The notes under the pieces are model-generated. The model did no database searches, was not told the origin of the DNA, and saw only the letters and a list, made by a program, of their open reading frames with translations. This document shows, one piece after another, positions 46,122 through 56,208 of a stretch of DNA of 64,000 bases; positions within the stretch are counted from its first letter, which is position 1, and every line of letters begins with the position of its first letter. A program made the translations under genes and the position numbers. This stretch comes from a virus: positions 1-64,000 of IMG/VR virus record IMGVR_UViG_3300010371_000029; one strand, 5' to 3'.

Positions 46122-48286
46122 GTTTTCCTCTAATTCGTAGATTTACAATTGGTAGTGGGGTTGGATGCGATTATACCAATCTCCAAAGCTGGTGGGGCGA
46201 TTGGGGTGGCAGGAATCTAATTAACAATAACGAAATTATAATTGCTGATATGGCCCCTCAATTGTTTGTAGCTAGCGGCCACCTTGATATGAATGATGGA
46301 TATTTTTCCACTAACTCTGTGACTGATGCCGGGCATTATTACATGGTCCGGGGACAATATGGGAACTGTTTTGATGGAAATTTCAATGGTTTACCGAATA
46401 CTCCGAATAATAGCACTTTTCCTTATAGTGGGGCTAGCGGTACGATTTTGCGGTTTGATACGGGTATAGCAGGAATACCAGTTTATGGATTAAGCAATGG
46501 TCAATACGCATGGGGCGAAAATGCTTATTTAAACGATTTAGACTTTTTTGGAGTCAGATGTAAAATACCTTATACACGATTTGAAAATTTTACAATTTGT
46601 AATGCTAATTTTAATTATTGGGCCTATCCCACCCTAGGAGCTTCTGGTACAAGTCAATCATTTCTTAATTTACCCAATATTAAATTACACGGCATTGATT
46701 GTATTAATACTAGCGGAGTGATAATTGATTCAGTGGCAGTGGGTGACCTTTCTATATTTGCTTATTGCCCCAATTTTAACTATAACGGAGCTAGTCCGCC
46801 GACCGGATATGTTTCATTACCTTTATATACTAATCCCACTACTATTAGTGCTATAGGAATTCAAACCAACAATTCTGTAGTTAGAAATTGTATGGTTTAT
46901 GACATATATGCCGCCGCTTCTGGCTTTATATCAGGTAGTGGAAGTTTAAACATACAATCCTGTGGAATTTTATCGAGTGGATTTTTTGGAAGTGTTTTAA
47001 ATAATACAGTTGGAAGGTGTCAACTAGATAATTTTGCTTTAACTCCTACTAGTGGTACTTTCACTAATTCTAATCCTTATCCCGCTGCCGCTATAGGGAT
47101 GATGAATCCTACATATAATGATGTAAATTTTAATGACAGTATTTTAGGAACACCTTTCGGATTTTGTTTGAATAATTATGCATTTCAATCTCCTTCTGGT
47201 TACTTATTTTTAAGTAGTAGCTTTCATCCAACTTTAATAGCTAATGCATCTGACCAATTTACACCAGGAGGGCCTGTATTTACTCCTACGTTTATTCCTC
47301 AACAACCTATATCTAATTTATCTTCTTCAATCGCGTTATTAGCTTCGGGCAATCTTAGAGCAAATCCAAGTGGTAAATTAGTTGGTTCAGGTGTAACAGT
47401 TGATACCTTTAATTGGAATTATACTCTTAGTGATTACAATCCTTTTTCATGGTTATTTAGATTTAGTTGGGATTTTGAAGGACAACCTAGGTTATCTAGT
47501 TGGACCATTGGCGCGGACCAGTCATATTTACAAAGTAGCAAAACTGTATATGGAAAAAATACTTTCACGCCCGATGGACTTCCTCTTTATGTAGGACCAC
47601 CAGCTAATACGGAAACAGCTTTTTTACCACTTTATTTACATGAGAATGTAAGCTCTGGCTATATTCCTCTTTATATTTCAACGTTTGATAATTTGCCCCA
47701 CATTTCTGGATTTATGCCTTTGGTTATACCAGGATTGAATCCGGCACCACCTTCCCCTCCAGGACCACAACCTATAAATAATGATATTCCTTTATATTTA
47801 TTTAATGTACAAACGGGAGAATATGGTGAATATGGCACGGGGGACCCACAATATTACTCATTGGGTCTAAATTTAACTCTTTTAGCGTCTAAACAAAGTT
47901 TATCCAATTTAATGAGTTTATATATAGGGGCGGCCACCCCTTCAGAAGTGGGGGATATTTCTTTATTTTTAGAAAACGCTTATTCAGATATTAATGGAAA
48001 TATTACATTATTTATAGAAGGATTAAGTCTCAGCGGTGCGGAAGATTCTTCTGGTATACCATCATTGTCTACTATGCCCCTTTTTATGGAAAGAATCCCC
48101 GGAGATGGAATTCCGTTGTATATATCTGGTAAGGACGTTGAAGATTCAAATGGTCAAATTACGCTCTTTATGGACGCTCTCTACGAAACTATTAGTAATT
48201 TAGACAACGGGGATATATTTACACTTCTTCTTACTTCATTTGATTATTCAAACGCAAACGCAAAACTTTATATTAGAGGATTTTAA
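46118..48286 (+). CDS. Virion protein, beta-helix-like N-terminus and repetitive C-terminus
   Basis: TIGSG..CDYTNLQSW; about 14 C-terminal [LIM]xL[YF][ILM] repeats. Confidence 0.6.
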   Translation: MSFPLIRRFTIGSGVGCDYTNLQSWWGDWGGRNLINNNEIIIADMAPQLFVASGHLDMNDGYFSTNSVTDAGHYYMVRGQYGNCFDGNFNGLPNTPNNSTFPYSGASGTILRFDTGIAGIPVYGLSNGQYAWGENAYLNDLDFFGVRCKIPYTRFENFTICNANFNYWAYPTLGASGTSQSFLNLPNIKLHGIDCINTSGVIIDSVAVGDLSIFAYCPNFNYNGASPPTGYVSLPLYTNPTTISAIGIQTNNSVVRNCMVYDIYAAASGFISGSGSLNIQSCGILSSGFFGSVLNNTVGRCQLDNFALTPTSGTFTNSNPYPAAAIGMMNPTYNDVNFNDSILGTPFGFCLNNYAFQSPSGYLFLSSSFHPTLIANASDQFTPGGPVFTPTFIPQQPISNLSSSIALLASGNLRANPSGKLVGSGVTVDTFNWNYTLSDYNPFSWLFRFSWDFEGQPRLSSWTIGADQSYLQSSKTVYGKNTFTPDGLPLYVGPPANTETAFLPLYLHENVSSGYIPLYISTFDNLPHISGFMPLVIPGLNPAPPSPPGPQPINNDIPLYLFNVQTGEYGEYGTGDPQYYSLGLNLTLLASKQSLSNLMSLYIGAATPSEVGDISLFLENAYSDINGNITLFIEGLSLSGAEDSSGIPSLSTMPLFMERIPGDGIPLYISGKDVEDSNGQITLFMDALYETISNLDNGDIFTLLLTSFDYSNANAKLYIRGF

Positions 48287-49701
48287 TGCCCGTTTCATAC
48301 AATAGCAATTTAATGATACCGGCCCCTTTAGTCGATATCAATAAGAGTTATAATAGGACTCAATCTGGCGACCAGAAACTTGGGGCAATTTTTAATATAA
48401 CTATTACCGGTCAATTGGTAGCCTATAAGGGTTCTCCAGATAGTTCTAGAGTATTTTGGAATCAACCGGGCGACCCACCTGATGAAACTGACATTTTTGA
48501 CGATACAACCACATGGATGGGGGCATTAGAGAGAAAACAGGAGGCTCTAAGAGAGCTTTTTGCCGACGACGGGTATTTATTTGAAATTACCCCTTTAGAT
48601 GGTTCGCCCCCCATTTCCTTTTATTCTAGGACCGTTTCATTAGATTTTGCAGCAGGATTGTGGACTTATTTGACCGACTACACCATTGTTTTAGAAGCCA
48701 CACAAATTTTCATTTCTGGTTCTCCCTTAGGGGATGAGGACGATTTTAATCAATTCTTGACCCAAGCTAATGAAAATTGGACAATTGAAATGGCCGAAGA
48801 CAATGAACATATATTTAATGTTTCACACAATATTTCAGCAGTAGGAAGAACCAGTTATGCAAGTGATGGGACAGAAATACCCGGATGGGTCTCTGCTAGT
48901 GGATTCGTCCAATCTAAGTTAGGTTATCAATCAGGAATAGGTAATTCACCCGGCGTATTGAATCTTCCGGCAGTGAGTGGTTATACTCCTTATAACTATT
49001 TCCGTTCTCTCAATATGGACGAATTGGACGGTTCGTATGGAATTAGTGAAACGTGGGTTCTATCTTTAGCCGCCGCGAGGGAGGATTTTGAGGTTCAAAG
49101 CACATTTGACGTTACCACCGGAAGAACCACCGTAAACGTTCAGGGCACAGTAACAGGTTTAAATACGCGAGATGATAATTTTCAACTAACTACTTCAAAG
49201 TATACCGCCGCCGCTACTTATTGGAGTGGGATTCAGGGAGATATTTATGTAAGAGGAAACACATATGCCGGGGTAAGTTTAAATCCACAGGCTTTGAGTC
49301 AAACAGTGGGCGAAAATCCAATTGCGGGCGTTATTTCTTATAATTATGTTTATGATAATAGACCGCCAAATATTACACCCAGTTCACTCATAGAAACTAT
49401 CAACGTTCAGGACAATTTCCAAAACGACGTATTCGCTGCTATCCCTATTATAGGGCGAACAGCCGGGCCGATTTTTCAAAATATGAATACTAAAACCCCC
49501 CGGTCTAGAACGCTTTCAATTGAATTGCACTATCCTTCAGCTAGCGGCGCATGGTCTTTTCAGAATAAACCGGACGTTTCAGCAATAGTTTCAATGGTAA
49601 CCCCCACAGCTACTAACGTGTTTCAATCTGACGGAAATGATAATTGGGACTGGAAAAACGGGATTTATACATATCTTCAAACATGGACCTATGGTAATTA
49701 G
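48286..49701 (+). CDS. Distal tail-like protein
   Basis: Downstream of the tape measure; beta-rich repeated domains. Confidence 0.55.
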   Translation: MPVSYNSNLMIPAPLVDINKSYNRTQSGDQKLGAIFNITITGQLVAYKGSPDSSRVFWNQPGDPPDETDIFDDTTTWMGALERKQEALRELFADDGYLFEITPLDGSPPISFYSRTVSLDFAAGLWTYLTDYTIVLEATQIFISGSPLGDEDDFNQFLTQANENWTIEMAEDNEHIFNVSHNISAVGRTSYASDGTEIPGWVSASGFVQSKLGYQSGIGNSPGVLNLPAVSGYTPYNYFRSLNMDELDGSYGISETWVLSLAAAREDFEVQSTFDVTTGRTTVNVQGTVTGLNTRDDNFQLTTSKYTAAATYWSGIQGDIYVRGNTYAGVSLNPQALSQTVGENPIAGVISYNYVYDNRPPNITPSSLIETINVQDNFQNDVFAAIPIIGRTAGPIFQNMNTKTPRSRTLSIELHYPSASGAWSFQNKPDVSAIVSMVTPTATNVFQSDGNDNWDWKNGIYTYLQTWTYGN

Positions 49702-49703
49702 GA

Positions 49704-52700
49704 ATGACAACTCCTTTAACTCAAGCAACATTTCTAGGAGCGAGTGTTGTTAGTTTCAACTCTGAAATAGGGTGGGGGTCTACACCTTCAGTTTTAACTT
49801 TAACTTTAGTAGAGGACCCTGCTCAGAATCAACATTTCACCAAACCTGACCCAGGAACACCGGTTGTTTTCAGTTATGGAAATTTCAGTTTCGGCGGAAT
49901 TATTCAAAAATGGACCGAAATACATAACTTAAGCATGAACCCAGGATATGAGGTAGTGGTGAATGACCCCCGCGAAATACTTGAAGGCGCGCAGGTTATT
50001 CTTAGTGAATACGGCGGCCCAACCGAAGGCGTGCCCAATTTAATTAATGCTTATGGAGCTTACGAGTTTGGTTTTTCAGGTTTGACCGACCAGGGTATAC
50101 CTTGGAATTCTGTTTTACCCGTTTTAGAGGATTCTGTCTTAACTTTGAATGGTTACCAATTTACCGTAGACTACTCCAATCTTCCTAAAGCACCGTTTTA
50201 TTACGTAATGCCGGGTTTAAACGAGAGTGTACTTAGTCTTATTTCTACAGTTTGTTTTGATGGCGGCTGTGACTTTATTGTTAATATGACCCAAAGCCCC
50301 CAAAAGAAGGGTGGCCCCAAAAATGTTATTACCATTGACGTAATCTTTAGGGTAAATCAATCGCCCTCGGCCAATAGTTCTATTCTTAAATATGTTAATG
50401 CTAACACTAATATTCAAAGTTATACCTACGGAAAGGAGTTAAGGAACGAGCCAGTAGCAGCCTTTTTAATGGGCGGACCAATAGCTGAAATTTATCAGAG
50501 TGCTAGCTTGATGCAATTTTGGGGATTTGACGTAAACGGAAATCCAATCACAAATAGTGATGTTATCCCTCTAGACGCTAGACCTTTAAACAATGCTATT
50601 ATAGGCCCTACTTATGTTACTTCTGTAACTGAAATGCGTATTGCGATGGGGAGTCAGAGAGGGTGGGAGGCTTATCTTGCATTAAACAATCCCGACCTTG
50701 CGGCTGCTTTAGGTTTGTATCCAGCTTTAAATTTAGGTCCCCTAGTTAATGAATATGTTTTTGTTGGTAATCAAGCTATAGATAAGGCCGGTAATACTCT
50801 ATCTGCGAGCCAAGTAGTTGCTAGAGTATTTGAAGATACAGCTAATCGCGCGACATTAGCTTCTGAAAGTGATTTTGATACTATCTTTAACCCTATTAGT
50901 GCTCTATATAAATTTATTGTAGGAATAGCTAGAGAGTATTACGGCAGGAAATACTTATGTCAGCTTCCATTTGTTTTGAGTTATATAGACCAGTACAGTC
51001 AACAGGTGGTTTTTAGTAGAAGTCCCGTAGAAGCTGGGTGGATGGAAAGTTTAGGATTTGGACAAACTCCCATCGGTATTAGTAATGAGAATAAATATTT
51101 TTTTCAGGTTCCAGATGGAAGATATGTACCGTTCGTAGTTTATAACACTACAGATAACGTTGACCTTACTAATATTTCCAATCAAAATGCAGTAATTGAT
51201 AATGGTGCAATTTATGTTAAAACTACTGTAGACCCTCAAGTAATAACAGGTGGAACGGGCGGTTTTAATCCATTCGCACTTGCTCCCCAGGTTATGGGCA
51301 ATATTCCTTATGCTGTTGTTACTGTGGATGAACCGGTTTTACATTTAGTTGACGCTATAGGGTTCCCACCTTTATATGGAATGATGAATTGGTTACAGAG
51401 TAATGGGGTGCCTAAACAATTTATTCAAGAAATGTTACGGGCCGCTGCTACTTATCCTATTGCTATTCCCATGCCCAATCTTCCATATACCCCAAGCGCC
51501 GCTGCTATTCCTCTAGATAATAAAACAATTTGTTATGGGCCTTGGAGCGTTTGTCAAAAGGGAGTTCAAGGTAAGGTAGAGGTAGTTAGAGACGAAAATT
51601 TGGTTCCGTGGAATTTTGGAAGTGTGAACTTCATGAATATAGCGGCTCTAGATAAAATCCAAAGATTCGCGACGGGCCAATTAATTATGGAGGCGGGCAG
51701 TGTGGAACAGGCCGGTATTCCGGCGGTTAATATAGGGCAGGCCCTAATTTCAGGAGGACCGACTGTAACTAATATTAGCTGTCAACAAGCAATTGAAGGT
51801 ATAGTAACTGCTTATCAGATGCAAACCTATACCCGACGTTTTGGGGATTTTGGTAAATATGACGTACAACGTTTCATGATTCTTGGCAGATTAAACGCAA
51901 GGTATATTAATTCTATTAGGAACTTCTACGCATTATTTAATAAATTTAACATAACTAGTTTAACCGGAGTTATATCAAAACTTAACCGAATTGCTAATGC
52001 TGGAGCAGCCGCTACCAATCCTTTTGGCGTTATGAATGCAATGGTTGGTCAATATGGTAGTAATAAAGTAGCTAGCGCGTCAATTGAAGGAATGATAGCG
52101 AGATTAAACGCGGACGATGATAATACTTATAAAGGAATCGGCGGTTGTTCTATGGATGGTATTTGGCGCACTTTTTCAACCGACCCAAATGAACAGAATT
52201 TACCGCATTTTGAACAGGCGGCTAGTGGAACTCCTTCTCCTACAGTTTCAGATTTACACCCATTTCCTAGTGGAAATGATATTGAGCGACTAGTATATGG
52301 AAAGACTTATCCGGCCTCTGGTCTTTTAAGTAAAGTTGGTTATGACCAAAACAGTGTTCGTAGTATAGGATTAAGGGGGCCGTTAGTAGTAGCGGGGTGG
52401 GGTTATGATACTAAAAACTTCCCTGTCCCCAATAAAACGCCCGATTCACCAGGAGATGATTTTGCCGATGATTATCTTACCAATCAAAATAATTGGAAGT
52501 GCGGGCCGGTTGATTTAAGATGGGATAATAATAAGAAAACATGGGTGGCACAGGGTGTTACCGTTAAATTCGGAATCCTTCAGGGTGGAATATATGGTTC
52601 GCCGTGGGGGGTAGGAAGTGGTAATTTCTTCGCTTCTGGTCTAGCTAACATATTAAATATTAAGGGAAGTGGCTCAAATACTTATTTCGAGATGGACCCA

Positions 52701-52814
52701 TCAGGTACGTTCACTCCTTATAACGTTTTTGCCTTATCTATTGCTTCAGGAGTAAAATTTGCATCTGTAGAGGTTAATGGATATGATATTATTCTAGTAC
52801 CGGATTGTAACTAG
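49704..52814 (+). CDS. Tail tip / hub protein
   Basis: FLGASV..F...GWG..PS.LT.TLVED; 1036 aa; LRGPLVVAGWGYD, GPVDLRWD. Confidence 0.65.
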   Translation: MTTPLTQATFLGASVVSFNSEIGWGSTPSVLTLTLVEDPAQNQHFTKPDPGTPVVFSYGNFSFGGIIQKWTEIHNLSMNPGYEVVVNDPREILEGAQVILSEYGGPTEGVPNLINAYGAYEFGFSGLTDQGIPWNSVLPVLEDSVLTLNGYQFTVDYSNLPKAPFYYVMPGLNESVLSLISTVCFDGGCDFIVNMTQSPQKKGGPKNVITIDVIFRVNQSPSANSSILKYVNANTNIQSYTYGKELRNEPVAAFLMGGPIAEIYQSASLMQFWGFDVNGNPITNSDVIPLDARPLNNAIIGPTYVTSVTEMRIAMGSQRGWEAYLALNNPDLAAALGLYPALNLGPLVNEYVFVGNQAIDKAGNTLSASQVVARVFEDTANRATLASESDFDTIFNPISALYKFIVGIAREYYGRKYLCQLPFVLSYIDQYSQQVVFSRSPVEAGWMESLGFGQTPIGISNENKYFFQVPDGRYVPFVVYNTTDNVDLTNISNQNAVIDNGAIYVKTTVDPQVITGGTGGFNPFALAPQVMGNIPYAVVTVDEPVLHLVDAIGFPPLYGMMNWLQSNGVPKQFIQEMLRAAATYPIAIPMPNLPYTPSAAAIPLDNKTICYGPWSVCQKGVQGKVEVVRDENLVPWNFGSVNFMNIAALDKIQRFATGQLIMEAGSVEQAGIPAVNIGQALISGGPTVTNISCQQAIEGIVTAYQMQTYTRRFGDFGKYDVQRFMILGRLNARYINSIRNFYALFNKFNITSLTGVISKLNRIANAGAAATNPFGVMNAMVGQYGSNKVASASIEGMIARLNADDDNTYKGIGGCSMDGIWRTFSTDPNEQNLPHFEQAASGTPSPTVSDLHPFPSGNDIERLVYGKTYPASGLLSKVGYDQNSVRSIGLRGPLVVAGWGYDTKNFPVPNKTPDSPGDDFADDYLTNQNNWKCGPVDLRWDNNKKTWVAQGVTVKFGILQGGIYGSPWGVGSGNFFASGLANILNIKGSGSNTYFEMDPSGTFTPYNVFALSIASGVKFASVEVNGYDIILVPDCN

Positions 52815-52844
52815 GATAAACCTTTTAAAGAAAATCAAATTTTC

Positions 52845-54554
52845 ATGAGCTACGGAAGTAACCACTGCTGTTTAAATTATAGTGATGAATTCCACGATTT
52901 AAATAATCGGTTGGGTTCTTTTGATGTGGGACCTTTAAATGATGGAAGTGGTTACATTAGTAATGTGTGGGTTCAAGTGAGTGGAACGTGGAGTGCGGCT
53001 AGTGGTATTCTAACTGGAACTGGTTCACAAGCTTTCTTAAGGTCAAATAGAACTGCACATGTTTCTTCACTTATAACTAGTAATACTAATGGGATAATTA
53101 ATAACGGGTTTGGTTCTGGCTTATTTACAACATGCTTTGAAGAAAACCCGCAAAAATGGCAAGAAAAGATAGGTTTTAAAGTTTTACCATTTAATTCATA
53201 TATCAGTTTTCAAGGAAAAGCATCTGGTTTATATGAATATCCTTATGACAGTGTAATGGAACCGTTTTATGTTGGGCGAGGAGCAGAGATAATTGTAAAA
53301 TCTGGAATTGGTGGTTTAGTTTGGGGAACGGGACAAGATTTTTTTGAAAATCCAGGGACAAAAGAAGATAATGATTTAACAAAAAGAGGGGCATCGCTTT
53401 TAATTTTAAATAATAATAAACTTCAATTTTATCTTGCTGCCGGTCCAGATAATAGTTTTCCAGCATTTTATCCATGTATGTCTGGAATTCCATTTTTCAA
53501 AGTTAGAGAAGTAACAATACCGCCGTCTGGGAATAACAGAATAAGTTTAAGAACCAGTTATGGTAATGGAAATTTTGGTGCTCGCGGTTTTGGCTGTTAT
53601 TATGATGATGAATTATTAATGACAATAGAACCTAACGCTATGGTTGGGGGTTTTAACCAGAACTCAGGAGCTTTTGATGGTTGGGGAATTTATGCTAGTG
53701 GGACCACTAAATTTTCTAGTTATAAACAGTTTTATACAATACCGGATTATATTCCAAGAGTTTTTGCTTGGCCTAGTGGACAGCCAGGATTTTATTTTCC
53801 AGAAAACGATATTTTGGCCCCTACTGTTGCAAGTGGACAAGTAGACCAAATAATCAATACCCAAGCTAGCGGAAGTTTTATAAATAATTTTTCCGCTTCG
53901 GGTAATCCTACAGATTTAATTTTCCCTAATTTAAGAGCTTGTAAATCACATAGGGGAATTTTTTGGCCCGATACTGATTTTTTCCCAGAAACTTGTGTTA
54001 TAACTATGACTATGAATACTAATGACCCATACTTAAGTTCTTGTGGAACGAAAACCAGTTCTTTAAGTTATAGGTCCGACCCAGAAAACACTGGAGATTT
54101 AGATGGGGTAACTACTCCAACTTCTATTCCACCTATCCAACTTATAGGAGCTACTTATGGAGAGGAAACACAAAATTTCACAGTAAAAGTAGCACCAGGA
54201 ACTACAGTCCCAGGTGTGGATTTAAGAGAATTTAATCCTCCAAATTGTTTTGGGGTGTCAATAAATATTATTTTTAATGAAAGTCTAGTTAATTCTTGTG
54301 GACAACTTTCTTTACCAAGTGGATGGACCTTGGGAAGTGCTACCGGATATGGCAAATTATTTCCAGATTTTTCACAACTTGTGATTTATGGTAATGGTAT
54401 ATTTGGTTTTGGATATTCTGTGATATATTCTAATGAATCTAATCTTTTGGGGCCATTTATAGCTTCCCAAACTTTTGCTTATAGTTATTTAGATACGTCA
54501 AGCGTACCTCATAATTTTACCACTACTTATTCTATAAACGTACAATTCATGTAA
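52845..54554 (+). CDS. Tail tip / receptor-binding-type protein
   Basis: N-terminal HCC; beta-rich, Ser-Gly-rich. Confidence 0.5.
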   Translation: MSYGSNHCCLNYSDEFHDLNNRLGSFDVGPLNDGSGYISNVWVQVSGTWSAASGILTGTGSQAFLRSNRTAHVSSLITSNTNGIINNGFGSGLFTTCFEENPQKWQEKIGFKVLPFNSYISFQGKASGLYEYPYDSVMEPFYVGRGAEIIVKSGIGGLVWGTGQDFFENPGTKEDNDLTKRGASLLILNNNKLQFYLAAGPDNSFPAFYPCMSGIPFFKVREVTIPPSGNNRISLRTSYGNGNFGARGFGCYYDDELLMTIEPNAMVGGFNQNSGAFDGWGIYASGTTKFSSYKQFYTIPDYIPRVFAWPSGQPGFYFPENDILAPTVASGQVDQIINTQASGSFINNFSASGNPTDLIFPNLRACKSHRGIFWPDTDFFPETCVITMTMNTNDPYLSSCGTKTSSLSYRSDPENTGDLDGVTTPTSIPPIQLIGATYGEETQNFTVKVAPGTTVPGVDLREFNPPNCFGVSINIIFNESLVNSCGQLSLPSGWTLGSATGYGKLFPDFSQLVIYGNGIFGFGYSVIYSNESNLLGPFIASQTFAYSYLDTSSVPHNFTTTYSINVQFM

Positions 54555-54856
54555 TGATTGAAACACCTCCCTGTGAACATAGAATTAAATTAGAAGGCAC
54601 CGATAACTATATTTTTTGTGCTAATTCTAATGTAGACGCCAAAGGTGGGATAGTCCCCATTCAAATGTGCGGCATTTGCCCACAACGAACTATACCCTGT
54701 GAAGAACACAGGCAGGTCCCAAAGGACCTAAAATGGGTATCCCGTGGATTTGGAGATACTGTAAAGAAATTTACAGATATGATAGGGATTAGCCCGTGTG
54801 GGGGGTGTCTTAAACGTCAAAGGGAGTGGAACGCTGCTGCTCCCTACAATGAATAA
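54554..54856 (+). CDS. Cys-rich small protein
   Basis: CEHR...C...CGIC...SRGFGDTVKK...PCGGCLKRQ. Confidence 0.7.
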   Translation: MIETPPCEHRIKLEGTDNYIFCANSNVDAKGGIVPIQMCGICPQRTIPCEEHRQVPKDLKWVSRGFGDTVKKFTDMIGISPCGGCLKRQREWNAAAPYNE

Positions 54857-54899
54857 ATGGTGTATTTTAAATTGTGATATTTAATTAACGAGGTAAATT

Positions 54900-55523
54900 A
54901 TGGCTGCTGCGATTAGTTTTTACGGCCGCGAAAGCACGAATATATATAGTATGGCCGGCTCGGGGATTGGTTTCTTCGGGGCGGGCGGATTTGGCACGTC
55001 AGTTGCAGTAGGTGCCTATCAATTAACGAGCTATATTACTAGTGCGGACGGTTCTATTATGGGGCCGGAAATTAATAACGTGGTTTGGACCCACCCGAAT
55101 AGTGGTATAGTCGGACAAGTTGGCCCTTCTCTTCCTCTTACCTATATTCCTAATAACCAAGCCACGCTTAATATTAGGTTCACTTTTGACTCTATTTGTA
55201 AGGTCCAAAACGCCCAATTACGCATTTATGACCGCTTTGATATAGATAACCCGGCTTCTGGAGTTTTAACCCAATGCGCTGAGTTAATCCATCCGAATAG
55301 TTCTCAAATAGCGGGAGGTTCGGGGGATACGGCTTGGAATCAGCCAGCGGGAAATAGTTCGATTATGAACCTAGTTGGAAGCCCCGGAAGCGGAGGATTA
55401 TCTCCTTCTGGACTAAATACTCAAGACACCCAACATGACTGGTATGTAGCTATTAGTGCCAGCCCTGATTCTATAGGCAGTAAAACTCAATATGGCTTAT
55501 ATGTCAGTTTAGAGTATATTTAA
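54900..55523 (+). CDS. Virion protein
   Basis: GAGG RBS; G/S-rich; HDWYVAISASPDSIGSK. Confidence 0.65.
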   Translation: MAAAISFYGRESTNIYSMAGSGIGFFGAGGFGTSVAVGAYQLTSYITSADGSIMGPEINNVVWTHPNSGIVGQVGPSLPLTYIPNNQATLNIRFTFDSICKVQNAQLRIYDRFDIDNPASGVLTQCAELIHPNSSQIAGGSGDTAWNQPAGNSSIMNLVGSPGSGGLSPSGLNTQDTQHDWYVAISASPDSIGSKTQYGLYVSLEYI

Positions 55524-55526
55524 AAA

Positions 55527-55922
55527 ATGGATAATCTAGATAAACTGCGCGCTTTGTCGCAAGTCCTCGATTTCAATGAAACTTATCCTAATTTGAACCC
55601 TCATAACGATGTTATTCTTGCTATAGATTCTAATGGAAAAATTATTATCGTAAGTCAAGCTATTACAGATTTATTTGGTTGGAAACAAGAAGAGATATTG
55701 GGCAAACATATATCAACTTTAGTACCAGAACCTCATGCTAGTAAGCATGATGAATATATAAGAGAATACATTAAAGAACACAACATTGAAAAAACTTGTA
55801 TAGGAAGGGTTATAAAAGGTAAAAGAAAGGATAATACGTTAATAGACTGTTATTTATCTATCAATCAGGCTAAATCTCTGCGAGACTGCATAATCGTGGG
55901 AATTATTCACCCGCTGGAGTAA
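55527..55922 (+). CDS. Stand-alone PAS domain protein, FixL-like heme PAS
   Basis: DVILAIDSNGKI..VS.A..DLFGW..EEILGKHISTLVPEPHASKHDEYI..Y...IGRVIKGKRKD. Confidence 0.85.
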   Translation: MDNLDKLRALSQVLDFNETYPNLNPHNDVILAIDSNGKIIIVSQAITDLFGWKQEEILGKHISTLVPEPHASKHDEYIREYIKEHNIEKTCIGRVIKGKRKDNTLIDCYLSINQAKSLRDCIIVGIIHPLE

Positions 55923-55926
55923 CGTG

Positions 55927-56208
55927 ATGAACCGAATTTCGGAAGGGTGGTACGAATATCGGAAGCTGGTTTTGAGTGAGTTGCAGAGACTTACGAATGA
56001 AATTAAAGAATTGCGCAAAGCTCTTGATGAAATTAAAGATTTAATAGATGAAAAGAACCAAGAGTGTTTGGACGATATTCAAGAAGTAAAAGATAGATTA
56101 GGGCCATTAGAAGTAAAAAGCGGTCTAAAGACCGCTTTTATCTCTGCCGCCATTGCACTATTCTCTGGCTTGGCCTATGTTATTTATGCTTGGATAGCTA
56201 AGAGCTAA
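55927..56208 (+). CDS. Holin-like protein (coiled coil plus C-terminal TM)
   Basis: GWYEYRKLVLSELQRL, coiled coil, single C-terminal hydrophobic helix; last gene of the late operon; GGAG 7 nt before ATG 55927. Confidence 0.5.
   Translation: MNRISEGWYEYRKLVLSELQRLTNEIKELRKALDEIKDLIDEKNQECLDDIQEVKDRLGPLEVKSGLKTAFISAAIALFSGLAYVIYAWIAKS

Noticed and set aside
55920-55927. PAS and holin-like genes as one frameshifted fusion
   Set aside because: The downstream gene has its own GGAG RBS and ATG, and no slippery sequence is evident at the junction.
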